Counted from the first letter of the stretch, positions 9,415-18,469 are shown. The stretch is DNA of 64,000 bases from an uncultured Syntrophaceae bacterium (GCA_964541605.1 CAZIQY010000005.1:1220-65219), one strand, 5' to 3'. The notes: generated from the letters alone by a model not told the origin. Program-made: numbers and translations.

Positions 9415-9549
9415 ACGTTACCCACTTGATGTGAGAAAGAGCCAATTTTTTTAAACTATTAAGATTCCTCGTCACTGTCGCTCCTCGGAATGACACAACT
9501 TGGATGTATGGATAAGGTGTCGAGTCATCGTGATTGTGAAGGAAACCGG

Positions 9550-10452
9550 ATGAATCGCCGGCATTTTCTGAAGACGGCTATGATTACCGGGGTAAGCCTG
9601 ACCCTGCCGGATGTTCTGCATCCGTTTGGAGGCAATCTCCAAGCCGCTGAAAAGGCGGATCTCGTCGTCGCTCGCGGGCCGTCACCGGAAAGAATCACAA
9701 AAGCCGCCGTGGACGGTCTGGGTGGGATCAGAAGATTCATTTCCAGAGGGGACGTCGTTGTCGTAAAACCGAATATCGGCTGGGACCGCACGCCTGAGTA
9801 TGCGGCCACTACCAATCCGGAAGTGGTTTCCACGGTCGTGCGGCTGTGCTATGAGGCGGGCGCGAAAAGAGTAAAGGTTTTCGACCACACAGTCAGCGAT
9901 CCGCGGCGGTGTTATAAACAGAGCGGAATTTCCGATGCCGCAAGAGCTGCGGGAGCTGAGGTAAGCTATATCGATGACCGGAAGTTCCGGGAAGTGAAAC
10001 TGAACGGCCACGCACTGAAATCATGGCCCATTTATACGGAGGTCATACAGGCGGACAAGATCATCAATATGCCCATCGCAAAAACGCACGGCCTTTCCAC
10101 CCTGACCCTGGGGATGAAAAACTGGATGGGCGTCATGGGAGGATGGCGGGGCAGGATTCACCAGAGGATCGACGGAAGCCTCGTGGATGTGGCCATGCTG
10201 ATCAAGCCCGCTCTCATCGTCCTCGATGCGGTGCGCATCCTGACGGCAAACGGACCGCAGGGCGGGGACCTTTCCGACGTGAAACGGCTCAATACCGTCA
10301 TCGCCGGGACGGACCAGGTGGCCGTCGATGCCTTCGGCGCGACCCTGTTCGGATTGAAAGGGGCCGATATCGGCCATATTGCTCTCGGACACAGGGCAGG
10401 CCTCGGCACGCTGGATCTCTCCCGATCAAGAATCAAGAGAATAAGTCTGTAG
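9550..10452 (+). CDS. Tat-exported DUF362 domain protein
   Basis: MNRRHFLKTAMITGVSL is a twin-arginine signal. The body (VVVKPNIGW...INMPIAKTHGLSTLTLGMKNWMG...GTDQVAVDA) matches DUF362. The track ORF starts at 9490. Confidence 0.8.
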   Translation: MNRRHFLKTAMITGVSLTLPDVLHPFGGNLQAAEKADLVVARGPSPERITKAAVDGLGGIRRFISRGDVVVVKPNIGWDRTPEYAATTNPEVVSTVVRLCYEAGAKRVKVFDHTVSDPRRCYKQSGISDAARAAGAEVSYIDDRKFREVKLNGHALKSWPIYTEVIQADKIINMPIAKTHGLSTLTLGMKNWMGVMGGWRGRIHQRIDGSLVDVAMLIKPALIVLDAVRILTANGPQGGDLSDVKRLNTVIAGTDQVAVDAFGATLFGLKGADIGHIALGHRAGLGTLDLSRSRIKRISL

Positions 10453-10487
10453 ACGGCCATTGCCCGCACGGTTTGGGGAATATTTTC

Positions 10488-10516
10488 TTGACAATCATCT
10501 CCATAGCAAGTAATAC
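10488..10516 (+). promoter_or_regulatory. Candidate sigma70-type promoter for the vapBC module
   Basis: TTGACA (10488-10493), a 17-nt spacer, then TAATAC (10511-10516), about 45 nt upstream of the ATG at 10564. Confidence 0.5.
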
Positions 10517-10563
10517 TTAAATCAAGGTTTAACTTAATTTTTAGTTGGAATAATGGAGAGGCT

Positions 10564-10788
10564 ATGCTCACGGCAAAAGTTTTATCCAAGGGGCAGGTGG
10601 TCATTCCCAAGGAAGCCCGCGATAAAATCGGACTTGTCACAGGCGATCGTGTAGAGGTAAAAGTCACGGATGAAGGACTGTTGATTCTTCCCCTGAAGAA
10701 AGGGATCACAGACGACTATGCCGGTGTTGTCAGGGGCAGACTGTCTCTGGATGAACTGGAGCGGCTGTATGCTGAACAGCCTGAATGA
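10564..10788 (+). CDS. AbrB/SpoVT (MazE-like) family antitoxin
   Basis: LSKGQVVIPKEARDKIGLVTGDRVEV is the swapped-hairpin AbrB motif. It is 74 aa and overlaps the following PIN gene. Confidence 0.85.
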   Translation: MLTAKVLSKGQVVIPKEARDKIGLVTGDRVEVKVTDEGLLILPLKKGITDDYAGVVRGRLSLDELERLYAEQPE

Positions 10789-11278
10789 TTTCGACAGTAC
10801 CGAAGAAATCTTTGTCGATACAAATATTTTTCTGCACCATGCTTTTGCCGCCAATCAAAATTCCATCGCTTTTCTGAAAAGGGCGGAAACGCGCTCCCTG
10901 AGACTTTACACCTCCACGCTGGTTTTGGAAGAAATGATTTGCAAACTGATGATGCAGGCGTCATCGAATTTTTTGGATCGCGTCACGACGGATCATATCA
11001 AACAGTTTCTCCAGGACGAGGGGAACAGACAGAAAATCATGGAGCCTGTGGGAAAATATCTGGAATACATACGGACGCTACAGTCCATCTGCCTGCAGGT
11101 TCTCGATTTCTCGGAGAAGGATATGCGGGACGCCGTTGGGATGATCTCCCTTTATGGTCTGATGCCGGCTGAAGCAGTCCATATCGCGATCATGTCCCGC
11201 AGGAAAATCAGGCATCTGGCGACCGGCGACCGGGATTTTACCGTCGTTGAAGGCATCACCGTCTGGTCGCCGGGGTGA
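10769..11278 (+). CDS. vapC: PIN-domain ribonuclease toxin (VapC-like)
   Basis: IFVDTNIFLHH (first acidic residue), LVLEE and ATGDRDF are the conserved PIN acidic positions. The ATG at 10769 overlaps the antitoxin end by 20 nt. Confidence 0.8.
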   Translation: MLNSLNDFDSTEEIFVDTNIFLHHAFAANQNSIAFLKRAETRSLRLYTSTLVLEEMICKLMMQASSNFLDRVTTDHIKQFLQDEGNRQKIMEPVGKYLEYIRTLQSICLQVLDFSEKDMRDAVGMISLYGLMPAEAVHIAIMSRRKIRHLATGDRDFTVVEGITVWSPG

Positions 11279-11357
11279 TCCGACAGGGATTGACATTCGG
11301 GCGATCAAACCGGTATCCATACGCTGGCGGTACGGATTTGGCCATAAGAGGATTGCA

Positions 11358-14300
11358 ATGCCTGTTCTCAAACGTAAGCAGACCGTACTAAAACTCTTGG
11401 AGCAACTGCGGGGGCTCGATACCCTGAAGGAACTGTGCTGGACGGAGCTGAATTACGAGCGCGAAAACAAGCCGCTCAGCATGCGCAGCTGGCCGGACTC
11501 TGCCAGAAACGCGCTGCTCGACGATCCCATCCTGTTTGCGAGCGGCGGCGAAGATCATGCGTTTCATGTGGTGTATTGCCGCCTGGCATCCGATAGCCTG
11601 CAGAGAAATCTTGAGCGGCCAATCGTCAGTCAGTTGATCCGTGAGCACCCTTACGGCCTGTTTGTATTTTCCGACACAGCGCAATCCGCCTGGCATTTCC
11701 TGAACATCAAGTATGACGAAAAGGCGGAGAAGCGGCGCCTTTTCCGACGGATTACCGTGCGCGCCGACGGCGGTTTGCGCACAGCCGCCGAGCGGCTGCA
11801 GATGCTGGATCTTGCATCGTTCGGGAAAGAGCTGTTCGGCATTCCCGCCCTGGAGATTCAAAAACGCCACGATGACGCCTTCGACGTCGAATCGGTTACC
11901 AAGGCGTTTTACAAGGAACTCGCCAACTGGTACTTCTGGGCGCTGAAGCACGTTCATTTCCCCAAGGACGCGCCAAAGGAGGCTGACGGGCACGACCACA
12001 TCGGTGTGATTCGCATGATCACACGGTTGATCTTCTGCTGGTTCGTAAAGGAAAAAGGACTGATTCCCGAAACGCTGTTCAATCAGCGCCGCCTGAATGA
12101 ACTGTTAGATGGATTCGCACCGGACAATAACGCTGGGAGCGGCTCCGTCTTCTATAAGGCAATCCTGCAGAATCTTTTCTTTGCCACTCTGAACACCGAG
12201 ATGGACAAGCGCGGCTGGGCGCGGGATGAGCAGAACTTCATGGCGCACAGTCTTTACCGTTATCGCGATCTGTTCAAGAAGCCCGATGAGGCGCTGGCAC
12301 GGTTTAAGAACATTCCCTTCCTCAACGGCGGCTTGTTCGAGTGTCTGGACAAGGATCTGGGCGAAAGCGCCAGGCCGCGTTACGTGCGCATTGACGGCTT
12401 TTCCAGACGGCCGGACAGCCAACCGGTTGTCCCGGATTTCCTGTTCTTCGGATCTGAGCGCGAAGAAGACCTCAGCGCGGACTACGGCGACAAAAAGTTC
12501 AGGAAAGTCCGGGTGCGCGGGCTGATCGACACCCTTCAACGATACCGCTTCACGATTGAGGAAAACACGCCCATCGAGCAGGAAGTCGCCCTCGATCCGG
12601 AGTTGTCCGGCAAGGTGTTCGAGAACCTGCTTGCCGCCTACAACCCCGAAACCGGTGCCACCGCCCGCAAACAGACCGGCTCCTTTTACACCCCGCGCGA
12701 GATCGTGGATTACATGGTGGATGAGGCGTTGATCGCATTTCTGAAAGGAAGTTTTTCCACCGAGAACGCAGAGGCCGCGGAGAAGAGACTCCGGCGGCTG
12801 GTGTCGTGGGAGGAGAACGGCCACGATTTCGACAACCGGGAAACCGAAACGCTGATCACCGCGATTGACGGACTGAAGGCGCTGGACCCGGCAGTAGGCT
12901 CCGGCGCGTTTCCGATGGGCATTCTGCACAAGCTCGTGTTCATCCTGGGAAAACTCGATCCGCGCAACGAGCAGTGGGAACAACGGCAGATCCGGCGTGT
13001 GCGCGACGCCGTGGCCACGGCGGAGAAGATAGAAGACGCCGCCATCCGCGAGCGGACGGTCAGGGAACTGGAACAGCAAATCGTCGGCATCGAAGAGGCG
13101 TTTGAGCGCAACGAGCTGGATTACGGGCGCAAGCTCTACCTGATCGAGAACTGCCTCTACGGCGTGGATATTCAGTCCATCGCCGTCCAGATCGCCAAGA
13201 TGCGGTTCTTCATCTCGCTGATCGTTGACCAGCGGGCGGACCCGGACGCAGCAAACCTCGGTGTGCGCCCGCTGCCCAACCTGGAAACCAAATTTGTCGC
13301 CGCGAACACGCTGATCGGTATTGATCGCCCCGGTCAACAAATATTGCGGTATGACGACATTGCCGCCAAAGAGACGGAATTACGCAAAGTGCGGGAAAAA
13401 CACTTTAATGCGAGGACTCCTGCCAGCAAAGCCATGTACCGCGAACGAGACAAGAAACTCCGTTCTGAAATAGCAGCATTGCTCAAGAAAGATGGCTGGG
13501 GCGGTGAAGTCGCGAAAAAGCTTGCTGACTGGGATCCCTACGACCAGAACGCCTCCGCCTCTTTCTTCGATCCCGAGTGGATGTTTGGCGTGATGAAGGG
13601 GTTCGACATAACTATTGGAAATCCGCCCTACGTTCGTGCAGACGAACAATCCAACTGGAATCGCCGCCAGCGTGAACAAATCCTTGCCGGTGGAAACTAC
13701 GAGACGCTTTGGGAAAAGTGGGATCTCTTCGTACCTTTCATCGAAAAGGGCTATAAACTGCTCAGTCCCGGCGGCGTTACCACGCTCATCGTTTCCGATG
13801 CCTTCTGCCACGCCAAATACGCGCAGAAGCCGCAGAACTGGTTTCTCCAGCACGCCCGCATTCTGCGCCTCGACTTTTGCAGTGGCCTGCAAATTTTCGA
13901 TGCCGCTGTCCACAACCTCATTTACTTTTTTCAGAAGGCAGACGGTGCACGCAACGTTCCTAAACGCCGAGTTCACCTTGAGGAATTTGGTAACGTCAGC
14001 CTCCTGCCTTCTGATGAGCAATCAAAACTTACCTACCGAGCGTTCTTCCCGGAGGACCGAGAAGCAAGAATGGTTAGCGTCCCTGCAAAATCACTTGGAG
14101 AGATTTGCTACATTAGCGTTGGGATGGTCGTTCACGCAGACGAAAAAGTAGCGCAAGGCGCATTCGAGCTTGAGGATTTAGTTTCCGACCGAAGGGATGC
14201 CACGCATCCGTGCCGCTTTGTGGAAGGTAAGCACCTCGAAAAGTGGCTGCCATCGACGAACAAGTGGCTTGAATGGGGCACAGACCGTGCACCAAGCTTA

Positions 14301-14855
14301 TTCAGGCGACCAACGTTTCCCGAACTCTATTCTGTGACAGAGAAGATATTCACCCACCGGACAGCAGGTGAGGGACTACGCAGTTGCTATGATGAGGATC
14401 AGACGCTGTGCAACCACACGATCATGGTCTGTCTACCATGGCACGGACTGAAAGGAGTTCGCAATGCATCAATCAAGAAGTCGGCGCGTTACAAGGATGA
14501 ACGCACGCCACGCCCGGATTTACCCAAGCGGGAGGAACTGGAAGCCACCAGCCGCCGCTTTGTCGTGAAATATCTGCTCGGCGTGATGAACTCGACCATG
14601 GCGCGCGATTTCCTCCGTGCCAACCGCCGCAGCAACACTGACCTCTACCCGGATGATTGGAAAAAACTCCCCATCCCCGACGTTGATTCCTCCGCCCAGG
14701 AACCTATCATATCTTTAGTTGACCGCATCCTCGATGTCAAAAAGGCCGACCTATCTGCGGACACCTCGGCGATAGAGAAGGAGATTGACCGGATGGTATA
14801 TGAGCTTTACGGTCTGACGGAAGAAGAGATTGCGATTATCGAAGGGAGAGAATAA
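11358..14855 (+). CDS. Large gamma-class N6-adenine DNA methyltransferase (Eco57I / PglX / DrmMI-like architecture)
   Basis: It has motif X (TGSFYTPREIVDYMVDE), motif I (LDPAVGSGAFPMGIL) and motif IV (IGNPPYVRADE), followed by a long C-terminal TRD-like region. The start at 11358 (MPVLKRKQ) is preferred over the 11247 extension. Confidence 0.9.
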   Translation: MPVLKRKQTVLKLLEQLRGLDTLKELCWTELNYERENKPLSMRSWPDSARNALLDDPILFASGGEDHAFHVVYCRLASDSLQRNLERPIVSQLIREHPYGLFVFSDTAQSAWHFLNIKYDEKAEKRRLFRRITVRADGGLRTAAERLQMLDLASFGKELFGIPALEIQKRHDDAFDVESVTKAFYKELANWYFWALKHVHFPKDAPKEADGHDHIGVIRMITRLIFCWFVKEKGLIPETLFNQRRLNELLDGFAPDNNAGSGSVFYKAILQNLFFATLNTEMDKRGWARDEQNFMAHSLYRYRDLFKKPDEALARFKNIPFLNGGLFECLDKDLGESARPRYVRIDGFSRRPDSQPVVPDFLFFGSEREEDLSADYGDKKFRKVRVRGLIDTLQRYRFTIEENTPIEQEVALDPELSGKVFENLLAAYNPETGATARKQTGSFYTPREIVDYMVDEALIAFLKGSFSTENAEAAEKRLRRLVSWEENGHDFDNRETETLITAIDGLKALDPAVGSGAFPMGILHKLVFILGKLDPRNEQWEQRQIRRVRDAVATAEKIEDAAIRERTVRELEQQIVGIEEAFERNELDYGRKLYLIENCLYGVDIQSIAVQIAKMRFFISLIVDQRADPDAANLGVRPLPNLETKFVAANTLIGIDRPGQQILRYDDIAAKETELRKVREKHFNARTPASKAMYRERDKKLRSEIAALLKKDGWGGEVAKKLADWDPYDQNASASFFDPEWMFGVMKGFDITIGNPPYVRADEQSNWNRRQREQILAGGNYETLWEKWDLFVPFIEKGYKLLSPGGVTTLIVSDAFCHAKYAQKPQNWFLQHARILRLDFCSGLQIFDAAVHNLIYFFQKADGARNVPKRRVHLEEFGNVSLLPSDEQSKLTYRAFFPEDREARMVSVPAKSLGEICYISVGMVVHADEKVAQGAFELEDLVSDRRDATHPCRFVEGKHLEKWLPSTNKWLEWGTDRAPSLFRRPTFPELYSVTEKIFTHRTAGEGLRSCYDEDQTLCNHTIMVCLPWHGLKGVRNASIKKSARYKDERTPRPDLPKREELEATSRRFVVKYLLGVMNSTMARDFLRANRRSNTDLYPDDWKKLPIPDVDSSAQEPIISLVDRILDVKKADLSADTSAIEKEIDRMVYELYGLTEEEIAIIEGRE

Positions 14856-14956
14856 AATTTTGCAAATGGCTCATCCGGTTCTTGCATACTTGTCCCGGGT
14901 GTCTTGCTCCTGCTATCTGTTTGATATAACCCACATGGAAATGCAGGTGTAAAAAA

Positions 14957-15964
14957 ATGGAAATTACGAAATCTCAGCTTATAAAGGAACCAAAATACTG
15001 GGGTCGCCATATCGTCATACTTGGGGCTGGGGCAAGTGTCGCATCGTTTCCTCACGGTGACGCTAATGGAAAAAGACTGCCGACGATGGATAACTTAATT
15101 GAGATGCTTGGTCTCGAATCGGCATTAGAACGGGGAGGGGTTAAGAATAGCCGTCGCAACTTTGAAGATCTTTACAGTGAGTTGTACGAGAATGATCCTG
15201 GATCACCATTTCTCAAAGAAATTGAGGAGATCATATATACTTATTTTGACAGTCTAAAACTCCCAGAATTACCAACCGTGTATGACCATTTATTGATGTC
15301 CCTTAGGCCCAAGGATATTGTTGCAACTTTTAACTGGGATCCATTCCTCTTTGATGCGTGGAATCGAAATAAGGATAAAGTTCCAGTTCCGGAGATTATT
15401 CACCTTCACGGCAACGTCCGCTTAGCGTATTGCCCAGAGCACCCTGTCTATGGTGAACACGGCATGTATTGTCCAGAATGTGATAGAGAGCTTATCCCCT
15501 CTCGGCTACTCTACCCTGTCGCAATGAAGAACTATGTCAACGACCCTTTTATCAAAACAGAATGGGAAGTTTTAAAGAAAGGTCTGCGTCAGGCAAGGAC
15601 CATAACAATTTTTGGCTATGGAGCACCGACTACGGATAAAGAAGCAGTTGATATTATGAATAGTGCATGGGACAAGGACAATCGATTAATCGAAAGAACG
15701 GAGGTCATTGATATAAAAGACAAAGAAGTCCTGTGGACGCAGTGGGAACCTTTTATAATAAGAACTTACCTTGATTGCCCTGAGAACTTTTATCAATCAC
15801 GTTTAGCAGACTATCCGAGAAGAACTTGTGAAGCGTTATTAGCTCAAACATTTTATGGCCAATGGGTTGAGAATAACCCCTTGCCATCGGATGCTAATTT
15901 TGATGAACTATTCCTTTGGCTAAAGCCATTAGTTGAGGCTGAGCATGTATTGGATGCTGTCTGA
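14957..15964 (+). CDS. Short SIR2-like (SIR2_2 family) protein with an inserted CxxH...CxxC zinc knuckle
   Basis: IVILGAGASVASFP (Rossmann start), VATFNWDPF (equivalent to the TTNYD motif, catalytic Asn), IIHLHGNV (catalytic His), CPEHPVYGEHGMYCPEC, and TIFGYGAPTTDKEAV. The gene is visibly AT-richer than its neighbours. Confidence 0.8.
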   Translation: MEITKSQLIKEPKYWGRHIVILGAGASVASFPHGDANGKRLPTMDNLIEMLGLESALERGGVKNSRRNFEDLYSELYENDPGSPFLKEIEEIIYTYFDSLKLPELPTVYDHLLMSLRPKDIVATFNWDPFLFDAWNRNKDKVPVPEIIHLHGNVRLAYCPEHPVYGEHGMYCPECDRELIPSRLLYPVAMKNYVNDPFIKTEWEVLKKGLRQARTITIFGYGAPTTDKEAVDIMNSAWDKDNRLIERTEVIDIKDKEVLWTQWEPFIIRTYLDCPENFYQSRLADYPRRTCEALLAQTFYGQWVENNPLPSDANFDELFLWLKPLVEAEHVLDAV

Positions 15965-16082
15965 GAATTTATAGAGGCTTTTAGTTCACAACTAAAGGGC
16001 GTCCAGCACGTCCGTTATTGAACTGGCCCCCGTCAAGTGAGTGGAGAAAGTCTTTTATCAGGAGAAGGAGAATCCCATTTTG

Positions 16083-16805
16083 ATGATACCAATTCAAGAC
16101 ACAACCAGTATTTTCAACATTTACTGTGACGAGAGCTGCCACCTGGAGCATGATCACCAGCCGGTGATGCTTTTCGGTGCCGTGTGGTGCCTTCAGGAAG
16201 AAGTTGCTCGATTCACCGAAGCTATTCGGAAGCTAAAGGAGAAACATCATGCAAGGGGCGAGTTGAAATGGTCGAAGGTTTCCGCCTCGCGGGAATCGTT
16301 CTTCCTGGCCATGATCGATCTTTTCTTTTCAAGTCCTGGTCTCAATTTCCGATGTCTTATCGTCAACGACAAGGCGAAGTTGGATCATGCCTATTACAAT
16401 CGCGGAAGCCACGATTCCTTTTACTACAAAATGTACTATTACCTGCTCCGCAACATTATTTCCGATATGAATCGGTATGACATCTATCTGGATATCAAGG
16501 ATACCAGAAGTCAGTTGAAAATTGATTTCCTCCACGAGGTGTTGTGCAACAGCTTGAATGATTTTGACCACAGGGTAATCCGCAGAATCCAGCATGTTCG
16601 ATCTAAGGAGGTGGAACTGCTTCAACTGGCCGATTTTTTGATGGGGGCAATTGCATATAAAAACAGAAATCTTATTGAAAACAAAACAAAAATGGTGGTT
16701 ATCGATAGGATCTGCCGGTTATCCGGGAGGAGCCTGCAAACCAGCACTCCGCCGTGGGAAGAGAAATTCAATCTCTTTATTTTCACGCCGAGGGAGACAT
16801 GCTGA
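16083..16805 (+). CDS. DUF3800 family protein
   Basis: IFNIYCDESCHLEHD ... GELKWSKVS ... LQLADFLMGAI is the characteristic DUF3800 motif order. The track ORF starts with GTG at 16041. The ATG at 16083 lies downstream of AAGGAG. Confidence 0.8.
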   Translation: MIPIQDTTSIFNIYCDESCHLEHDHQPVMLFGAVWCLQEEVARFTEAIRKLKEKHHARGELKWSKVSASRESFFLAMIDLFFSSPGLNFRCLIVNDKAKLDHAYYNRGSHDSFYYKMYYYLLRNIISDMNRYDIYLDIKDTRSQLKIDFLHEVLCNSLNDFDHRVIRRIQHVRSKEVELLQLADFLMGAIAYKNRNLIENKTKMVVIDRICRLSGRSLQTSTPPWEEKFNLFIFTPRETC

Positions 16806-17293
16806 TGGCAGATTTACCGGATTTTTTGCCTCCAATTATTGATTTAGGGGGAACATGGGAGGAAATCCTATATCGACTGTATTCGGTTTTCCGCCATGAT
16901 TTTAAAGAAAGCTCTGTTAGACACAATGGTATGAGGGTTATTTTCGACGGCAGGATCATGCCGGACGGTCAGGGAAAGGAAGAGGGTTTCTGGCATGTCG
17001 TTTCAGGGAAGGATACGGAATGCAAAGAAAGGTTGATCGATTATCGCCGGGCTGAGCGCCTGCCTTGGGCAAGACCCATGATGGAAAGCTCGGCAAGAAA
17101 TGAAATCAAGGTCTTCGATTACGATCATGGCACTAAGGATGTCGGCGTGAGACGTTATGTCTGGTTGGCCGATTATGATTATGTACTTATTCTCCAGAAG
17201 AAGAAAAGGGCCATGTTTTGGGTGACTGCTTATTATATTGATTCGAATCGGGGGCGAAGGGATCTGATGCGGAGGTATGAGCAAAGGGCCTAA
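16805..17293 (+). CDS. Hypothetical protein (about 163 aa), translationally coupled to DUF3800
   Basis: Its ATG overlaps the DUF3800 stop (TGATG) and has a GAGGGAG RBS. I recognise no family. The track ORF starts at 16754. Confidence 0.6.
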   Translation: MADLPDFLPPIIDLGGTWEEILYRLYSVFRHDFKESSVRHNGMRVIFDGRIMPDGQGKEEGFWHVVSGKDTECKERLIDYRRAERLPWARPMMESSARNEIKVFDYDHGTKDVGVRRYVWLADYDYVLILQKKKRAMFWVTAYYIDSNRGRRDLMRRYEQRA

Positions 17294-17353
17294 AAAACAG
17301 CGACCGCCTTTCCAAGCGGCCCCCGAGCTCCTGCCACCTCCATTGGTGGATGA

Positions 17354-17375
17354 GTTGGTTTACATGTAAACCAAC
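17354..17375. repeat. Perfect 22-bp palindrome gttggtttaca|tgtaaaccaac in the non-coding gap of the island
   Basis: Read directly from the sequence. It lies 61 nt after the stop of the 16805-17293 gene. Confidence 0.7.
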
Positions 17376-17658
17376 CCTTGCCGTTTGTCAAGGACATTAT
17401 TTTTCAGATCATGAAAGCATACTTGATAATGTTCCGCTCGATTGCGGACGGGATTCGCCGTTGCGACAAGAAGGTTCAGATTGCGCTTTGCAAAGAGGTG
17501 TCGCAGGTTTGGAAAGCCGTTGGTTTGGAAGGAAAAGGACTGTTTTGCAACTGCATCGGTTGACGGATGATGGGATTGATGCGCGTATGCCATACTCTAT
17601 AGAAATATCTTGTATTTATTGGCAAATTATTCAATAATTCTGCTCAAGGACAATCATC

Positions 17659-18039
17659 ATGGTTGATATCGATAAACAGATTTCCTATTGGAAGGAAAAC
17701 GCCGACGAAGATTGGGAAGTTGCTCAGCAACTCCTTGAAAGCGGTCGAATCCGCCACGGTTTGTTTTTCGCTCACCTGGCACTGGAAAAGATGCTCAAGG
17801 CGCTTGTTTGCAAAAATACCGGTGATCTGGCACCTCGAATCCACAACCTGAACCGCCTGAGCGGGTTGGCTGGTGTTGTGGCAAATTCAGAGCAGTTGGA
17901 CATTCTGGCGGAAATGAATGCATTCCATATTGAAGGACGCTACCCCGAAACGTTGACGAAGCCGCCAACGATAGAGGAAGCCGTCCGGTATATGAAGCGG
18001 GCAGAGGAGGTGCTTCGATGGTTAACGAGTCTGTCGTAA
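17659..18039 (+). CDS. HEPN domain protein (toxin-type partner of the following nucleotidyltransferase)
   Basis: It is 126 aa and helical. The pattern WEVAQQLLESGRIRHGLFFAHLALEKMLKAL ... IHNLNRL ... HIEGRYPE is typical of small HEPN proteins paired with MNT. Confidence 0.8.
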   Translation: MVDIDKQISYWKENADEDWEVAQQLLESGRIRHGLFFAHLALEKMLKALVCKNTGDLAPRIHNLNRLSGLAGVVANSEQLDILAEMNAFHIEGRYPETLTKPPTIEEAVRYMKRAEEVLRWLTSLS

Positions 18040-18353
18040 AAGGCGTTAGAAATTACCTGCGGGCCTTGCAGGATCAGGGACTGATCGTCAACTTCGGGGT
18101 GGTTTTCGGATCGCAGGTTCAAGGCATGTCTGATATGTGGAGCGATATCGATTTACTGGTTATTTCTCCCCGCTTCGATGATCTGCGGGAACGTGGAGAT
18201 ATTGATCTTCTTTGGCGTGTTGCAGCTCGCACCGATAACCGCATCGAACCGATCCCCTGCGGCGAACGGCAATGGATTGAGGACGATTCCAGCGCCATCA
18301 TTGAAATCGCCCGGCGCGAGGGCCAGCCGATCGCCATATCGGAAGACACATAA
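18018..18353 (+). CDS. Minimal nucleotidyltransferase (MNT) domain protein
   Basis: VVFGSQVQGMSDMWSDIDLLVIS is the GS-x(n)-DxD polymerase-beta-type NTase motif. It overlaps the HEPN gene by 22 nt. Confidence 0.85.
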   Translation: MVNESVVKGVRNYLRALQDQGLIVNFGVVFGSQVQGMSDMWSDIDLLVISPRFDDLRERGDIDLLWRVAARTDNRIEPIPCGERQWIEDDSSAIIEIARREGQPIAISEDT

Positions 18354-18355
18354 TC

Positions 18356-18409
18356 ATGCCTGCCCACGACATCATCGACAACCGCCGGAAAAAACTGGTG
18401 GATCATATC
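18356..18409 (+). pseudogene. Diverged duplicate of the first 18 codons of the PLD-SNF2 helicase gene
   Basis: Bases 18356-18409 and 19101-19154 are identical at 48 of 54 positions (hand alignment). MPAHDIIDNRRKKLVDHI aligns with MPAHDIIDNRQEKLVDHI, and the upstream ataatc is also shared. Confidence 0.65.
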
Positions 18410-18440
18410 GACTGTCTTGCGGCGAAAAAGGAAATAAACA

Positions 18441-18469
18441 TTGACAGGAGCTGTACGAAAAGAGATACT
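18441..18469 (+). promoter_or_regulatory. Candidate promoter of the phd-relE module
   Basis: TTGACA (18441-18446), a 17-nt spacer, then GATACT (18464-18469), 28 nt upstream of the RBS GAAGGAGG and the ATG at 18497. Confidence 0.5.

Noticed and set aside
11247-11357. N-terminal 37-codon extension of the MTase ORF overlapping the PIN gene end
   Set aside because: The extension (MKASPSGRRGDPTGIDIR...) is low-complexity and overlaps vapC. MPVLKRKQTVLKLLEQL at 11358 looks like a natural N-terminus.
11358-11960. Possible PD-(D/E)xK nuclease motif in the MTase N-terminal domain (FVFSD...LNIK)
   Set aside because: The spacing and residues are only loosely compatible, and I cannot support it without profile or structure searches. 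It is mentioned only as something to test under the main finding.
12105-13340. 411-aa ORF antisense to the methyltransferase gene
   Set aside because: It has an Arg/Gly/Val/Leu-rich, motif-free composition typical of the antisense frame of a GC-rich gene. The plus strand carries unambiguous MTase motifs over the same bases.
17360-17593. Possible tyrosine-recombinase C-terminal fragment (FPNLRHLFAK)
   Set aside because: There is only one short box-like match. The expected downstream LGH...Y motif and the upstream Arg box are not visible, so this is kept only as a remark within the gap finding.
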